A stretch of 64,000 nt of DNA from Spirochaetia bacterium (GTDB taxonomy: Bacteria > Spirochaetota > Spirochaetia > UBA9216). The translations under genes and the position numbers were made by a program. The notes under the pieces are model-generated. The model made no database searches. It worked only from the letters and a program-made list of their open reading frames with translations, and was not told the DNA's origin. The stretch is from the NCBI GenBank assembly GCA_965140585.1, contig OZ223272.1:288001-352000 (forward strand). Reading direction: 5' to 3'. Positions within the stretch are counted from its first letter, which is position 1, and each line of letters opens with the position of its first letter. Below, piece after piece: positions 29,733-39,648 of the stretch.

Positions 29733-30238
29733 TTCTGTTCACCTTCCTTCCTGATGATTTCCGTCTGAAATTTTTTCACATGCTTCCAGCAGTCAAGCAG
29801 ACTCCTTACAAGCATTTCGGCAAACATATAGATAAGCGGAGAGAATACAATTGTATACGGCAGCTTAAGAACGCCGGTTACCATCTTCTTTGCCAATAGA
29901 GAGTGGATTGACGGAATGAATACAGTAATCAGCAATATGCCGAGAGTCAGACTGCTGATAATATCAAAAACAATCTTTACTCCGGGTCTTACATGATCAT
30001 AAACCAGACCGAACACAACGTGCTCATCATTCTGCATTGCCTTGCCGACTCCGAAGAACATCGTCCACATATAAGCCAGAATACTTATTTCATACGCCCA
30101 GGGAACGGGAGCCTTTAAAACATATCTTGAGACAATTGTTACCATGAAGGTGACAAAAATCAAAAGAAACGTCAGGTTTGGAAGAACAGTCCCAAGTAAG
30201 TACATAACTGCTTTTCCGATCTTCTTTATCAGATCCAT
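29729..30238 (-). CDS. dctQ: TRAP transporter small permease
   Basis: SRYVL...WAYE...W..FFG....EHV, 4 TM segments. Confidence 0.88.
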   Translation of the reverse strand: MDLIKKIGKAVMYLLGTVLPNLTFLLIFVTFMVTIVSRYVLKAPVPWAYEISILAYMWTMFFGVGKAMQNDEHVVFGLVYDHVRPGVKIVFDIISSLTLGILLITVFIPSIHSLLAKKMVTGVLKLPYTIVFSPLIYMFAEMLVRSLLDCWKHVKKFQTEIIRKEGEQK

Positions 30239-30344
30239 TTCCTACATCCTACCTATAAATTTGCCTTAGAAAAATTAAGGAGGACCTCCGCAGGGAAGGT
30301 CTCTCCTTTAAAGAATAATTTGTTAAAATTTGATTCGCCAGTTT

Positions 30345-31355
30345 TTATTCTGCCATGGCCTGCACTTTTTCATACAGATCCATATCCCATGTTGAAGTCA
30401 TAGCTTCATTTGCTGCGTATGCAGCCTGTACATTTGCTCTGAACTCTGCAATATCAGGGTGAGTTACAGTCATGCCTTCGCCCTCGAAGAACTCAACAAG
30501 GCTGTTTTCACGTGAAATTCTTTCCTGATCGTTGAAAGCAATTGCGTAAGTCATAGCTTCCATTACTGCATCCTGCTGTTCAGTAGTCATCATGTTCCAT
30601 TTGTCCAGGTTAACACAGGGCATAATAGAATCGATTACATGGTTTGTAATAGCAAGATATTTTGTTACCTCATAGAACTTTGCGCTTTCCACTGTAGGGA
30701 GGGGGTTATCCTGTCCGCCTACGGCACCGGTTTGAAGAGCTGTGTAGAGTTCGCTGAAAGACAGAGGCGTCGGGTTAGCACCGAGAGCCTTTCCGAGGAA
30801 GAGCCATGATTCCGAACCGGGCATTCTGAGGAGTACGCCGTTCATATCAGCATAGCTGTTGATTTTCTTGTCTTTTGTATTTACTACACGTGAACCGAGG
30901 TACATGCTTCCAAGCGGCTGAAGGCCGAGTTCCTGTACAGCTGGCCATATGTTTTCTTTTGCCAAATCGCCGTTAAGCACCTTAGTCATATGATCGTAAG
31001 AGCTGAAGAAGTAGCCTGAACCGAACATGCTGAATGAAGGAATCTGTGTAGCAAAAGTCGGGAATGAGATATATGCCATGTCAGCCTGACCGCTGATAAG
31101 TGCATCGTATTCATTTTCCTGTGTGAAAAGTGTAGCGCTGTCATAAACCTTAACTTCAACAGAACCGCCGGTAAGTTCTTTTACCTTGTCTGCGAAAACG
31201 TACATTGCTTCAGTGTGTGAATCACCGGGTATTGAAACTGAAGTGAAAATGAGTTCTACGGGTTTAGCAGCGTCTTTTTCCTGTGATCCGCCTGCAAACA
31301 GCAGCATTCCTGCTCCAAGCATCAGAACAAGCATTACCAATCCAATCTTTTTCAT
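30345..31355 (-). CDS. dctP: TRAP substrate-binding protein (DctP/SiaP-like)
   Basis: LRMP (conserved carboxylate-binding Arg), ALGANPTP, ELYTALQTG.V.GQDNPL, KFYEV. Confidence 0.92.
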   Translation of the reverse strand: MKKIGLVMLVLMLGAGMLLFAGGSQEKDAAKPVELIFTSVSIPGDSHTEAMYVFADKVKELTGGSVEVKVYDSATLFTQENEYDALISGQADMAYISFPTFATQIPSFSMFGSGYFFSSYDHMTKVLNGDLAKENIWPAVQELGLQPLGSMYLGSRVVNTKDKKINSYADMNGVLLRMPGSESWLFLGKALGANPTPLSFSELYTALQTGAVGGQDNPLPTVESAKFYEVTKYLAITNHVIDSIMPCVNLDKWNMMTTEQQDAVMEAMTYAIAFNDQERISRENSLVEFFEGEGMTVTHPDIAEFRANVQAAYAANEAMTSTWDMDLYEKVQAMAE

Positions 31356-31398
31356 AAATTGCTCCTTTAGTTGAATCTATTATCTCCCCTGTCTGGGG

Positions 31399-32325
31399 TT
31401 AATTCCAAATTCCAATCTGAGATCTCATCAGGTTGATCGATCTTCTCATCTGTTCTATCTCCATCTGGCGGTTAGGAGTGAACTGTGTAAAATCCTGAAC
31501 CCTGCTGAACAGATTAATATTTAATCCGTCAAGTTCCATATGGTACTTGGCGTTAACCGGATACATCTGACATTCAATAGTGCTTGCAAAGCCTAGCAGG
31601 TCCTGAAGAACTTCCGCTTTTTTAGGCTCCTTCTCGAAATTGGCGCAGAGCCAGCTGTAAAGATCAGCATGAAAATTAGCCATGATACCGCTGTATCCGG
31701 CAGCTCCCATTTTCAGGCTCTCAAGCAGTGTTGCTGCATTTGCGTTAAATATTTTTAGAGGTGTTCCGTCAACTGCGTTGAGTTTTGCCTTCAGTTCGGG
31801 CAGGCTGCAGCAGGTGTCTTTAAGAAAACTGAATTTCCCGGTCTGAGCACACCATGAAAGCAGTTCCGGCGACATAAGTCTTTTATAAGGCTGCGGACAT
31901 TCATAAATTCCAAAGCTGTCAGCCTTAACTCCGTTAATAAGCGCCTCTATGTTCTTTTTGGCAACGTCATCGCCCTCATCAGCAGCTGCAAACTGGTTAG
32001 AGATAAAAACATAGGAATCGGCTCCGGCATCAACAACAGCCTGGGCTTCCTCTATCTGTTCATCTATTGTCGGAGCAACATGTCCGGAGACAACTATACC
32101 CAGCCCCTTCGGCCTGTTTTTAATTATAAATGAAGCCAGTGTCAGCCGTTCTTCCTTTGACAATTTAAACATCTCACTTGACTGACATACGGCAAAGATA
32201 CCGGTCACACGGCCCGCAGCATACCATTCAAGCATCTCAATTACACCGTCATAATCGATTTTATTATCTTCCGTATACGGTGTAAGCATTACCGGCCATA
32301 CACCATTTGAAATTGAATTGCTCAT
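31399..32325 (-). CDS. DHDPS/N-acetylneuraminate-lyase-family aldolase
   Basis: GVWPVMLTPY, AVCQSSEM, IYECP, Schiff-base LKDT. Start moved to MSNS. Confidence 0.85.
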   Translation of the reverse strand: MSNSISNGVWPVMLTPYTEDNKIDYDGVIEMLEWYAAGRVTGIFAVCQSSEMFKLSKEERLTLASFIIKNRPKGLGIVVSGHVAPTIDEQIEEAQAVVDAGADSYVFISNQFAAADEGDDVAKKNIEALINGVKADSFGIYECPQPYKRLMSPELLSWCAQTGKFSFLKDTCCSLPELKAKLNAVDGTPLKIFNANAATLLESLKMGAAGYSGIMANFHADLYSWLCANFEKEPKKAEVLQDLLGFASTIECQMYPVNAKYHMELDGLNINLFSRVQDFTQFTPNRQMEIEQMRRSINLMRSQIGIWN

Positions 32326-32459
32326 CCTCAAGATCCTTCCTGTATGAATCCATATTTTTATTAGTGGTTCGGATTCATCTGTAGTATAATAGTGTGTGCT
32401 TAAATTGGACATTCAGGATTATCTTTAGTACTTTTCCAAACATCAGGAGGGGAATTTTA

Positions 32460-33362
32460 ATGCTGGAAATCATAGACGAGTACTGCTGGGAGAAACATAA
32501 CAAGGTTATAACTCTTGACCAGCACGGTATTTCCGGTCTGAAAAACTTTGCACACTGGAATATGCCAACAGCATCACTGCCTACCCCGCTTCATATTCAT
32601 TCCGACATAATTGAGATTCACTGTCTGATCAAGGGAAAACGAAGCTGTCATGTTGATGATAAGGATTATACTATCACCGGAAACGAGATGTTCATCTCAT
32701 TCCCCTTTGAGCCCCATTATACCAGCAGTATTGATTTAAGCCCCTGTTCGTTTTTTGCACTCCAGATTGATACAAGCAGAAAGAAGCAGCTTCTTGGTCT
32801 CAATGAAACATACTCGCTGGCTCTATACAACATACTCAGTAGCCTGGAATACCGGCACCTGCGCTTTCCCTCAACCGATCAGAAGCTTCTAAGCCTTGCA
32901 TTCAGCAATATCAGCGATAACGACCCCCTCTCCCTCATGCAGGGGGTTCAGTATCTGTGTACCTTCCTTTTCAAGGTTCCAGAGTTCATTCCTGTACGAA
33001 AGCAGAAGAAAAATATTACAGATGAGAACATTAAACGGGCTGTTGATATCATTGACAGGGACTTTCAGGAACCTCTGCAGCTTAAAGAACTTGCGGCTAT
33101 ATCCGGCTATTCCCTGTCCAGATTTAAAAGTAAATTCAAGGAAATTGTAGGCTTTCCGCCGGCTAACTATATAACCTTCAAAAAGCTCGAATGGGCCAAG
33201 CAGCAGCTTGCAGAAACCGATCTGCCTGTAACCCAGATTGCCCTTGATGCGGGTTTTTCATCGAGCAACTACTTCTGTACAGTGTTTCATAATTCAACAC
33301 AGTACACCCCGAGCGAATTCAGAAAGACCTACCATGCAGCCTGCAAGGATGAAGAGGAATGA
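32460..33362 (+). CDS. AraC-family regulator (cupin + HTH)
   Basis: HIHSDIIEI cupin, IALDAGFSSSNYF..VF. AGGAGG SD. Confidence 0.9.
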   Translation: MLEIIDEYCWEKHNKVITLDQHGISGLKNFAHWNMPTASLPTPLHIHSDIIEIHCLIKGKRSCHVDDKDYTITGNEMFISFPFEPHYTSSIDLSPCSFFALQIDTSRKKQLLGLNETYSLALYNILSSLEYRHLRFPSTDQKLLSLAFSNISDNDPLSLMQGVQYLCTFLFKVPEFIPVRKQKKNITDENIKRAVDIIDRDFQEPLQLKELAAISGYSLSRFKSKFKEIVGFPPANYITFKKLEWAKQQLAETDLPVTQIALDAGFSSSNYFCTVFHNSTQYTPSEFRKTYHAACKDEEE

Positions 33363-33439
33363 AAGCCTTCATTGACAAATAAAAACTTGACCTTCCCACA
33401 ATAGGATCCGTGATAATTGCCTCCGGAGGAAGGGGTTTT

Positions 33440-35756
33440 ATGAATGATAGAATAAAAAGGCTCAGGGAAGCTTTAAGAGTAGATAAGTTTTCAATTTGTG
33501 TAGAGAAAGCAGAAATAGTTTTAAAATCTTTCAAGCAGAATGACGGATGGCCGCAGATAGTCAGACGTGCACAGGCAACCGCCGATTATCTTGACAACAA
33601 AACTATCTTCATCGAACCGGATGAACTTATAATCGGAAATATTGCCAGCAAGCCGATGGGCATGGAGATGGGCTCAGGCGGCCCGGGGTGGCCGGATGAT
33701 GATCTCGACGATCTGCTGTCCGGAGGACAGATATATCTCTCGGAAAAGGATAGAAAAACCATCCGCAGCATGGATGATTATTGCAGCGGAAAGGGGCGGA
33801 CACAGGATGAACGCCAGGGCTTCCATTATAATGATGAGCGGCTGTGGCCTTTTATCAAACGCGGTTTTCTCTGCCCGCCCTGGGAACGCAAAGATCTTGG
33901 ACGCGGACAGGGAGCTGCCGGAATGGGCTGGGGCCTGTGAATGGGCCCGACAACTTTGAACTGTCCTGACTACGGAAGAATCATACATACAGGAATCAGC
34001 CCCTTTATAGAAGAGGCCCGTCAGAAACTACTTGAACTCCGTTATTATGATGCAGAATCAGTAACAAAAGCCAATTTTTACAAGGCATCCCTGATTGCGC
34101 TTCCGACGATAATTAGACTGGCCGGACGCTACGCTGATCTGACCGAAACCATGGCCAATGACGAAAATGATGAAAAGCGGAAAAAAGAACTTATTCAGAT
34201 CGCTGAAATCTGCCGGCATATCCCCGGGCGTCCGTATGGATCAGTACCTCTGGCCCCTGTACAAGTCTGATCTCGAAGAAGGCAGAATCACGAAGGATGA
34301 GGCTCTTGAACTTTTCGAATGCCTCAGATTAAAGATAATGCAGCTTAATTTTGTGGGCGGCGGTAAAATCCAGCGTGAAAAATAGGCTGGAATGGCCCGC
34401 TGGCATAATTTTATTATAGGAGGCTGCGACAGCGACGGAAAGGACGCGACCAATGAATTATCGTATCTCATGCTTGACGCCGCGCTTGACTGCCAGATAC
34501 CTCACCATACGCTTACCATGCGGGTCGGGAAGGACTCTCCTATTGATTTTATAGCCAAAGGAATGGAGGTCGTTAGAACCGGTGCGGGAATGCCCGCGTT
34601 TATATCTGAAGACAGTTATATCAACTTTATAACAAAGCAGGGAATTCCGGGTGAGGAAGCCCGGGAGTTTGCAATTGCCGGATGCATGGATCTTATGCTC
34701 CCAGGAAAATCCCGATACCAGGCTTTCGGAATGAGCATAATACCGATGTACCTTGAAACTGCACTCTATAACGGTCGCGAACCGAAAAGCGGTGAACTTC
34801 TCGGCCTTGAAACAGGCGAGTTTGAATCATTTGAGAACTTCGAGGATTTCTACCGGGCATTTCTTGAACAGTGCAGACATTTTATAGGGATGGTCGTTGA
34901 GGAACACAATATCCTGCTGATGGTCCAGAGGGAACTCTACCCGGATGTAGTTACGAGCGCATTTCTTCACGATGCCATGAAAGTGGGACGGGACGGCCTG
35001 GATCGAAGACTGCCCTTTGAAAACGGTTCTGCTATCAATGTAATAGGTATGGCCAACACAGTAGATTCACTGGCCGTCGTTAAAAAGCTCGTATTTGAAG
35101 ACAAAAGCATTCCCGCCGATACCATGATTAAAGCCCTTCGGGCGAACTGGGAAGGATACGAAGATTTAAGAAAACTCTGTCTTGATTCACCGAAGTACGG
35201 TAACAACGACGCCTTTGTGGATGACCTGGCAGGCAGATTCTGGCATGATTTTGGCGAAATAGTTCAGGAGTACACTTCAATTTTTGATGCGAAGGTATTG
35301 CCCACAGCAATATCAATCACTGCTCATGCCCCCGGCGGCGCAATGACAAGTGCAACACCGGACGGCCGTAAAGACGGAGAAACCTTTGCGGACGGCTCAA
35401 TTTCTCCGGTTCAGGGTATGGATAGAAAAGGCCCGCTTGCAGCCCTTCAGAGTGCCATGAAGCTCCCTCAGGATGAGTATATGGCCACGCTTCTGAACAT
35501 GAAGTTCCATCCGGGAACCCTGAAAACAGATGAGGATCTCAAGAAGCTTGCATCAATGGTAAAAATATATCTTGTAAGCGGAGGAAAGCAGATCCAGCTG
35601 AACATCATCAGCCGGGAAACCCTGGAAGCGGCAAAGATTGAAAAAGATAAGTACAGGGATTTGATAATCCGTGTAGCAGGGTACAGCACATATTATGTAA
35701 CCTTAACATCCAGAGTTCAGGATGAAATAATTGCCCGGACAGAACAGGCAATTTAG
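33440..35756 (+). pseudogene. Second glycyl radical enzyme, paralogue of 13649-16060, disrupted
   Basis: In-frame TGA at 33938-33940, frameshifting deletion at about 34233, in-frame TAG at 34383-34385. Retains GCMD and RVAGYS. Confidence 0.9.
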
Positions 35757-35771
35757 CAAAATAAGAACTAT

Positions 35772-35819
35772 AAAAAAGGGAGCTGACTAAGAACTAATCT
35801 TAGCCAGCTCTTTTTTTTT
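35772..35819. terminator. Bidirectional Rho-independent terminator
   Basis: GAGCTGACTAAGA/TCTTAGCCAGCTC stem flanked by A and T runs. Confidence 0.85.
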
Positions 35820-35832
35820 AATTCATATCAGG

Positions 35833-36786
35833 TTAATACAGGTGACAGCTTACTTTATGGTTCTCACCCTGCACTGATTCTTTCGGCGCTTCACTTAAGC
35901 ACTTATCGAAGGCCTGAGGGCATCTGTCGGCAAAACGGCAGCGGTTATCAAGCAGGCTGTAGTCCACCGGGACAAAACCCTTAATAGGAATATCCTCCTC
36001 CTTTAATGAGGGGTCCGTACATGGAACTGCCGCAATCAGCGCCTTTGTGTAGGGATGCATCGGAGACTGAAGAATTGTCTCAGTCGGTCCGGACTCCATT
36101 ACAGCACCGAGGTAGAGGATTGATATCCGGTCGCAGATATACCTTGCAGTTGACAGGTCATGGGTTATATACAGAAATGATATATTATGCTCATCCCTTA
36201 TTTTCTTCAGCAGTTTGAGGATTCCGATCCTGATTGAAACATCAAGCATTGAAACAGGCTCGTCGGCAACTATGAACTCAGGCTTCAGCACAAGAACCCT
36301 TGCCATGCTCACCCTCTGAAGCTGCCCGCCGCTCATCGATGCCGGATATTTTGATAAAAAAACATCGGGGTCCAGGCCTACATCACGAAGAACATCTTCA
36401 ATCATCTGTGCTTCCTCTTCCTTCGATGAAGCAAGATGGTGGGTCCGTACCGACTGCGCTATAATATCGTAGACGGAACGCCTCGGGTTAAGCGAACCGA
36501 AGGGATCCTGAAATATCATCTGCATCTTCTGCCTGGCGTCTTTAAGCTGCCTCCGGTTCAGAGAGGTTATATCCATACCGCAGACATTTATCTCCCCGGA
36601 TGTGGGTTCCACCAGCCTGAGTATTGTCCGCCCCAGGGTCGATTTACCGCAACCGGACTCCCCTACTACGCCGAGGATCTCCCCGCGCCCGATTGAAAGT
36701 GAAATACCGTCCACGGCTTTAATTATATTATTACGGGAATTAAATTCCTTCTTAAGAGATCTTGTTACAAGTACAGGTTCAGTCAT
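35833..36786 (-). CDS. oppF: Oligopeptide ABC ATPase (OppF/DppF)
   Basis: [31 protein letters not shown]-terminal Cys motif. Confidence 0.9.
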   Translation of the reverse strand: MTEPVLVTRSLKKEFNSRNNIIKAVDGISLSIGRGEILGVVGESGCGKSTLGRTILRLVEPTSGEINVCGMDITSLNRRQLKDARQKMQMIFQDPFGSLNPRRSVYDIIAQSVRTHHLASSKEEEAQMIEDVLRDVGLDPDVFLSKYPASMSGGQLQRVSMARVLVLKPEFIVADEPVSMLDVSIRIGILKLLKKIRDEHNISFLYITHDLSTARYICDRISILYLGAVMESGPTETILQSPMHPYTKALIAAVPCTDPSLKEEDIPIKGFVPVDYSLLDNRCRFADRCPQAFDKCLSEAPKESVQGENHKVSCHLY

Positions 36787-37741
36787 TTTTATCTCCGTAT
36801 AGGTGGCAGAGCACAGTCCGGCCGTCAACCCTATATTCTGCCGGTTCCTTTTCCCTGCAGACAGGCATTGCTTTTTCGCAGCGTTCGGCGAAGCGGCAGC
36901 CCTTAGGGGGGTTAATCAGATCCGGCGGACTTCCGGGAATACTGTAGAGTTCCTGCTTTTCACCCAGAATACTCGGATAAGATTTTACAAGGGCCTCGCT
37001 GTAGGGATGAAGCGGCTTTTTAAACAGCTGAGCTGTTTCGGTCTTTTCGACTATCTTACCGCCGTACATGACAGCGGTCTGACTGCAGGTTTCAGAGACT
37101 ACGGCGAGATCGTGGGCGATGAAAATCGTAGTTAAATCCAGCTCTGCCTTCAGATCCTTCAGAAGAGTAAGAAGCTGACGCTGAACAATTACATCAAGCC
37201 CGGTAATAGGTTCATCAAGAATAAGCAGTCCCGGCCTGCATGCTGTTGCAATTGCGATAATCGTCCGCTGCTTCATTCCTCCGCTGAACTGGTGCGGATA
37301 GCTTCTGAACCTTCCGGAATCAAGACCGACCAGTTCAAGCTGTTCATTCGCACGTTGAACTGCTTCGGCGTTGGAAACTCCCTCATGATTTTTGATAATC
37401 TCGGTAATCTGATCGCCTATCCGCATAACCGGATTAAGTGCATGCTGGGCCTGCTGGCGTACAATCGCTATATCCTTTCCCCGGATTTTTTTAAAGTCCT
37501 GCTCGGAATACGAAAGCAGATCCTTTCCCTCAAATACAATACTTCCACCCGCAATAAATCCGGGAGGCTGCACCATTCTGATTAGTGCACTTGCAGTGGT
37601 TGATTTTCCGCAGCCTGATTCACCGATAAAACCGATGGTCTCACCTTTCTCAAGAGAAAAACTTATATTTTCAACAGCCTTTGCTGTTCCGCTCTGTGTT
37701 TCATAATGAACACTGAGGTTAGTAACTTCAAGTAATGCCAT
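36779..37741 (-). CDS. oppD: Oligopeptide ABC ATPase (OppD/DppD)
   Basis: [29 protein letters not shown]. Confidence 0.9.
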   Translation of the reverse strand: MALLEVTNLSVHYETQSGTAKAVENISFSLEKGETIGFIGESGCGKSTTASALIRMVQPPGFIAGGSIVFEGKDLLSYSEQDFKKIRGKDIAIVRQQAQHALNPVMRIGDQITEIIKNHEGVSNAEAVQRANEQLELVGLDSGRFRSYPHQFSGGMKQRTIIAIATACRPGLLILDEPITGLDVIVQRQLLTLLKDLKAELDLTTIFIAHDLAVVSETCSQTAVMYGGKIVEKTETAQLFKKPLHPYSEALVKSYPSILGEKQELYSIPGSPPDLINPPKGCRFAERCEKAMPVCREKEPAEYRVDGRTVLCHLYGDKND

Positions 37742-37750
37742 AGTATCCTC

Positions 37751-38626
37751 CTATAATCCCTTTGACCTGCGGTATCCGGGATTGAGAATATCGTTGATAG
37801 CAGTACCCAGAAATGTAAACCCGAGTATTATCATTACGATAAAGACAATCGGAGGAGCGATCCACCAGGGGGCCTTTGCAAGCAGCCCGGAGGCAAAGGC
37901 AAAATGAAGCATCATTCCCCAGCTCACGGATGTAACATCGCCAAGCCCCAGAAAGCTCAGGACCGATTCCGAGTAGATAGCGTTAGTTACCATAAGAATT
38001 GCCTGGGCAAACATCAGCGGAAGAACACCCGGAAGGATGTCTATGAACATAAGATATGCATCACCGGAACCTATACAGCGTGATGCCTCAATGAATGGTC
38101 TTTCCTTAAGAGACAGAACCTGTGAGCGCACAATTCTTGCCGTGGAGGGCCAGCTTATAAGAGACACAACAAGGATGATGGTCCAGAGGCTGGGTCCCAG
38201 AACGGCTGCAAGCACAATCATCAGCGGCAGTCCGGGAAGCATCATGAAAAAATCAATTATACGTCCCAGTATCAGATCCACAGCTCCGCCGAAATAACCG
38301 GACACAAGACCGATAACCGATCCGGTAACAACAGTTATAAGCGCGGCAATAAAACCGATTAAAAGCGATATTCTTGCCCCGTACAGAGTCTGACTCCAGA
38401 CATCACGAGCCATATCATCTGTTCCGAAAAAATTAACAGTGTTAGGTGCAAGCAGGGCATTCGCAGCCTCTCCCGATTTCTGCGGATCAACCGTATGCAG
38501 GAAGGGTGCAAAGACAGCGAATATCAGAATAAGCAGAATAAGAAAAAGACCGATACGCCCCTTCGGGTGAATAAGTATCTGCTTAAAGAATACTTTTGCC
38601 GTGAGTTTTGTTTCTCTCATAATCAA
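37751..38626 (-). CDS. oppC: Oligopeptide ABC permease (OppC)
   Basis: FGTDDMARD, GARISL, ARIVRSQVLSLKE, LSFLGLG, SWGMML. Confidence 0.9.
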   Translation of the reverse strand: MIMRETKLTAKVFFKQILIHPKGRIGLFLILLILIFAVFAPFLHTVDPQKSGEAANALLAPNTVNFFGTDDMARDVWSQTLYGARISLLIGFIAALITVVTGSVIGLVSGYFGGAVDLILGRIIDFFMMLPGLPLMIVLAAVLGPSLWTIILVVSLISWPSTARIVRSQVLSLKERPFIEASRCIGSGDAYLMFIDILPGVLPLMFAQAILMVTNAIYSESVLSFLGLGDVTSVSWGMMLHFAFASGLLAKAPWWIAPPIVFIVMIILGFTFLGTAINDILNPGYRRSKGL

Positions 38627-39591
38627 TGCTCCCTTCCGATTCGGGGATCAATGTACACATAGAGAAGGTCCATTATAAAGTTGGCCAGAACTATTGAAAC
38701 CGCAAACACCAGGAACAGCCCCTGAAGAAGAGGATAGTCTCTTTTCATAACGGCTTCATAGGTAAGCCGTCCGATTCCAGGCCAGGAAAAAACGGTCTCG
38801 GCCTCTATCACACCGGCAAGAGCCAGCCCGATATTTACTTCGGTAATTGTGGCGATCGGCAGCATTGCATTTCTAAGCGCGTGCTTTCTTAGAACCTGTC
38901 CGTCCGGAAGTCCTTTTGAGTGGGCAGTCTGGATGAACTCTTCATGCATTACATCAAGCATGGAGGAGCGCGTAAGGATGATGTATTCGCCGAAGTACCA
39001 CAGAAGTATTGAAAACACCGGCAGCACCATATGCTTTGCGACATCCAGAGCGTAACGGATTCCGGTATATCCGGTTGCAGGGGTTTTAATACCTCCGAAA
39101 GGAAGTACTGGAACCAGATATGCAAAAATAAGCAGAAGTACTATCCCCAGTGCAAACTTTGGAACAGAGTAGAGTGTAAGCGAAGCGGTAAGAATCACCG
39201 AATCGAGTTTCGATCCGTTTCGCCATCCTGCAATAGCCCCGAGAAATATTCCCAGAATTATTGCAAGTCCAAGGGATGTAAGAACCAGAAGCAGAGTTGC
39301 CGGAACCCGCTCCATAATAATAGATAGAACCGGTTTCTTTTTCCAGAATGATTCACCCAGATCCCCTTTTGCAATATTTTTTACATATACAGCAAACTGG
39401 TAGCTTATCGGCTTGTCAAGTCCGTATTTCTGTTTCTGCAGCTCAAACTGCGCCTCACTGCTTCTGGGATCATGAAACATCATTCTGATGGGATCACCCG
39501 GAGCAAGGCGGAAGATAATAAAGTTCAGACATAAAACTGCAAAAACAGTTATCACCATGCCTATAACCTTTTTTAGAATATATTTATTCAT
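38623..39591 (-). CDS. oppB: Oligopeptide ABC permease (OppB)
   Basis: APGDP, GLDKP, GDLGES, TAHSKGL, ETVFSWPGIG, RDYP. Confidence 0.9.
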   Translation of the reverse strand: MNKYILKKVIGMVITVFAVLCLNFIIFRLAPGDPIRMMFHDPRSSEAQFELQKQKYGLDKPISYQFAVYVKNIAKGDLGESFWKKKPVLSIIMERVPATLLLVLTSLGLAIILGIFLGAIAGWRNGSKLDSVILTASLTLYSVPKFALGIVLLLIFAYLVPVLPFGGIKTPATGYTGIRYALDVAKHMVLPVFSILLWYFGEYIILTRSSMLDVMHEEFIQTAHSKGLPDGQVLRKHALRNAMLPIATITEVNIGLALAGVIEAETVFSWPGIGRLTYEAVMKRDYPLLQGLFLVFAVSIVLANFIMDLLYVYIDPRIGREH

Positions 39592-39607
39592 CAGGTACCT
39601 CGGAATT

Positions 39608-39638
39608 AAAAGAAGGCCCGGCGTTAATACCGGGCCTT
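39608..39638 (-). terminator. Stem-loop/terminator after oppA
   Basis: AAGGCCCGG/CCGGGCCTT stem followed by CTTTT on the minus strand. Confidence 0.6.
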
Positions 39639-39648
39639 GAAACGATAT

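Noticed and set aside
33938-34385. Selenocysteine or pyrrolysine readthrough of the TGA and TAG in the second GRE
   Set aside because: The positions correspond to Gly and probably Trp, and a frameshifting deletion lies between them, so this is simple decay.
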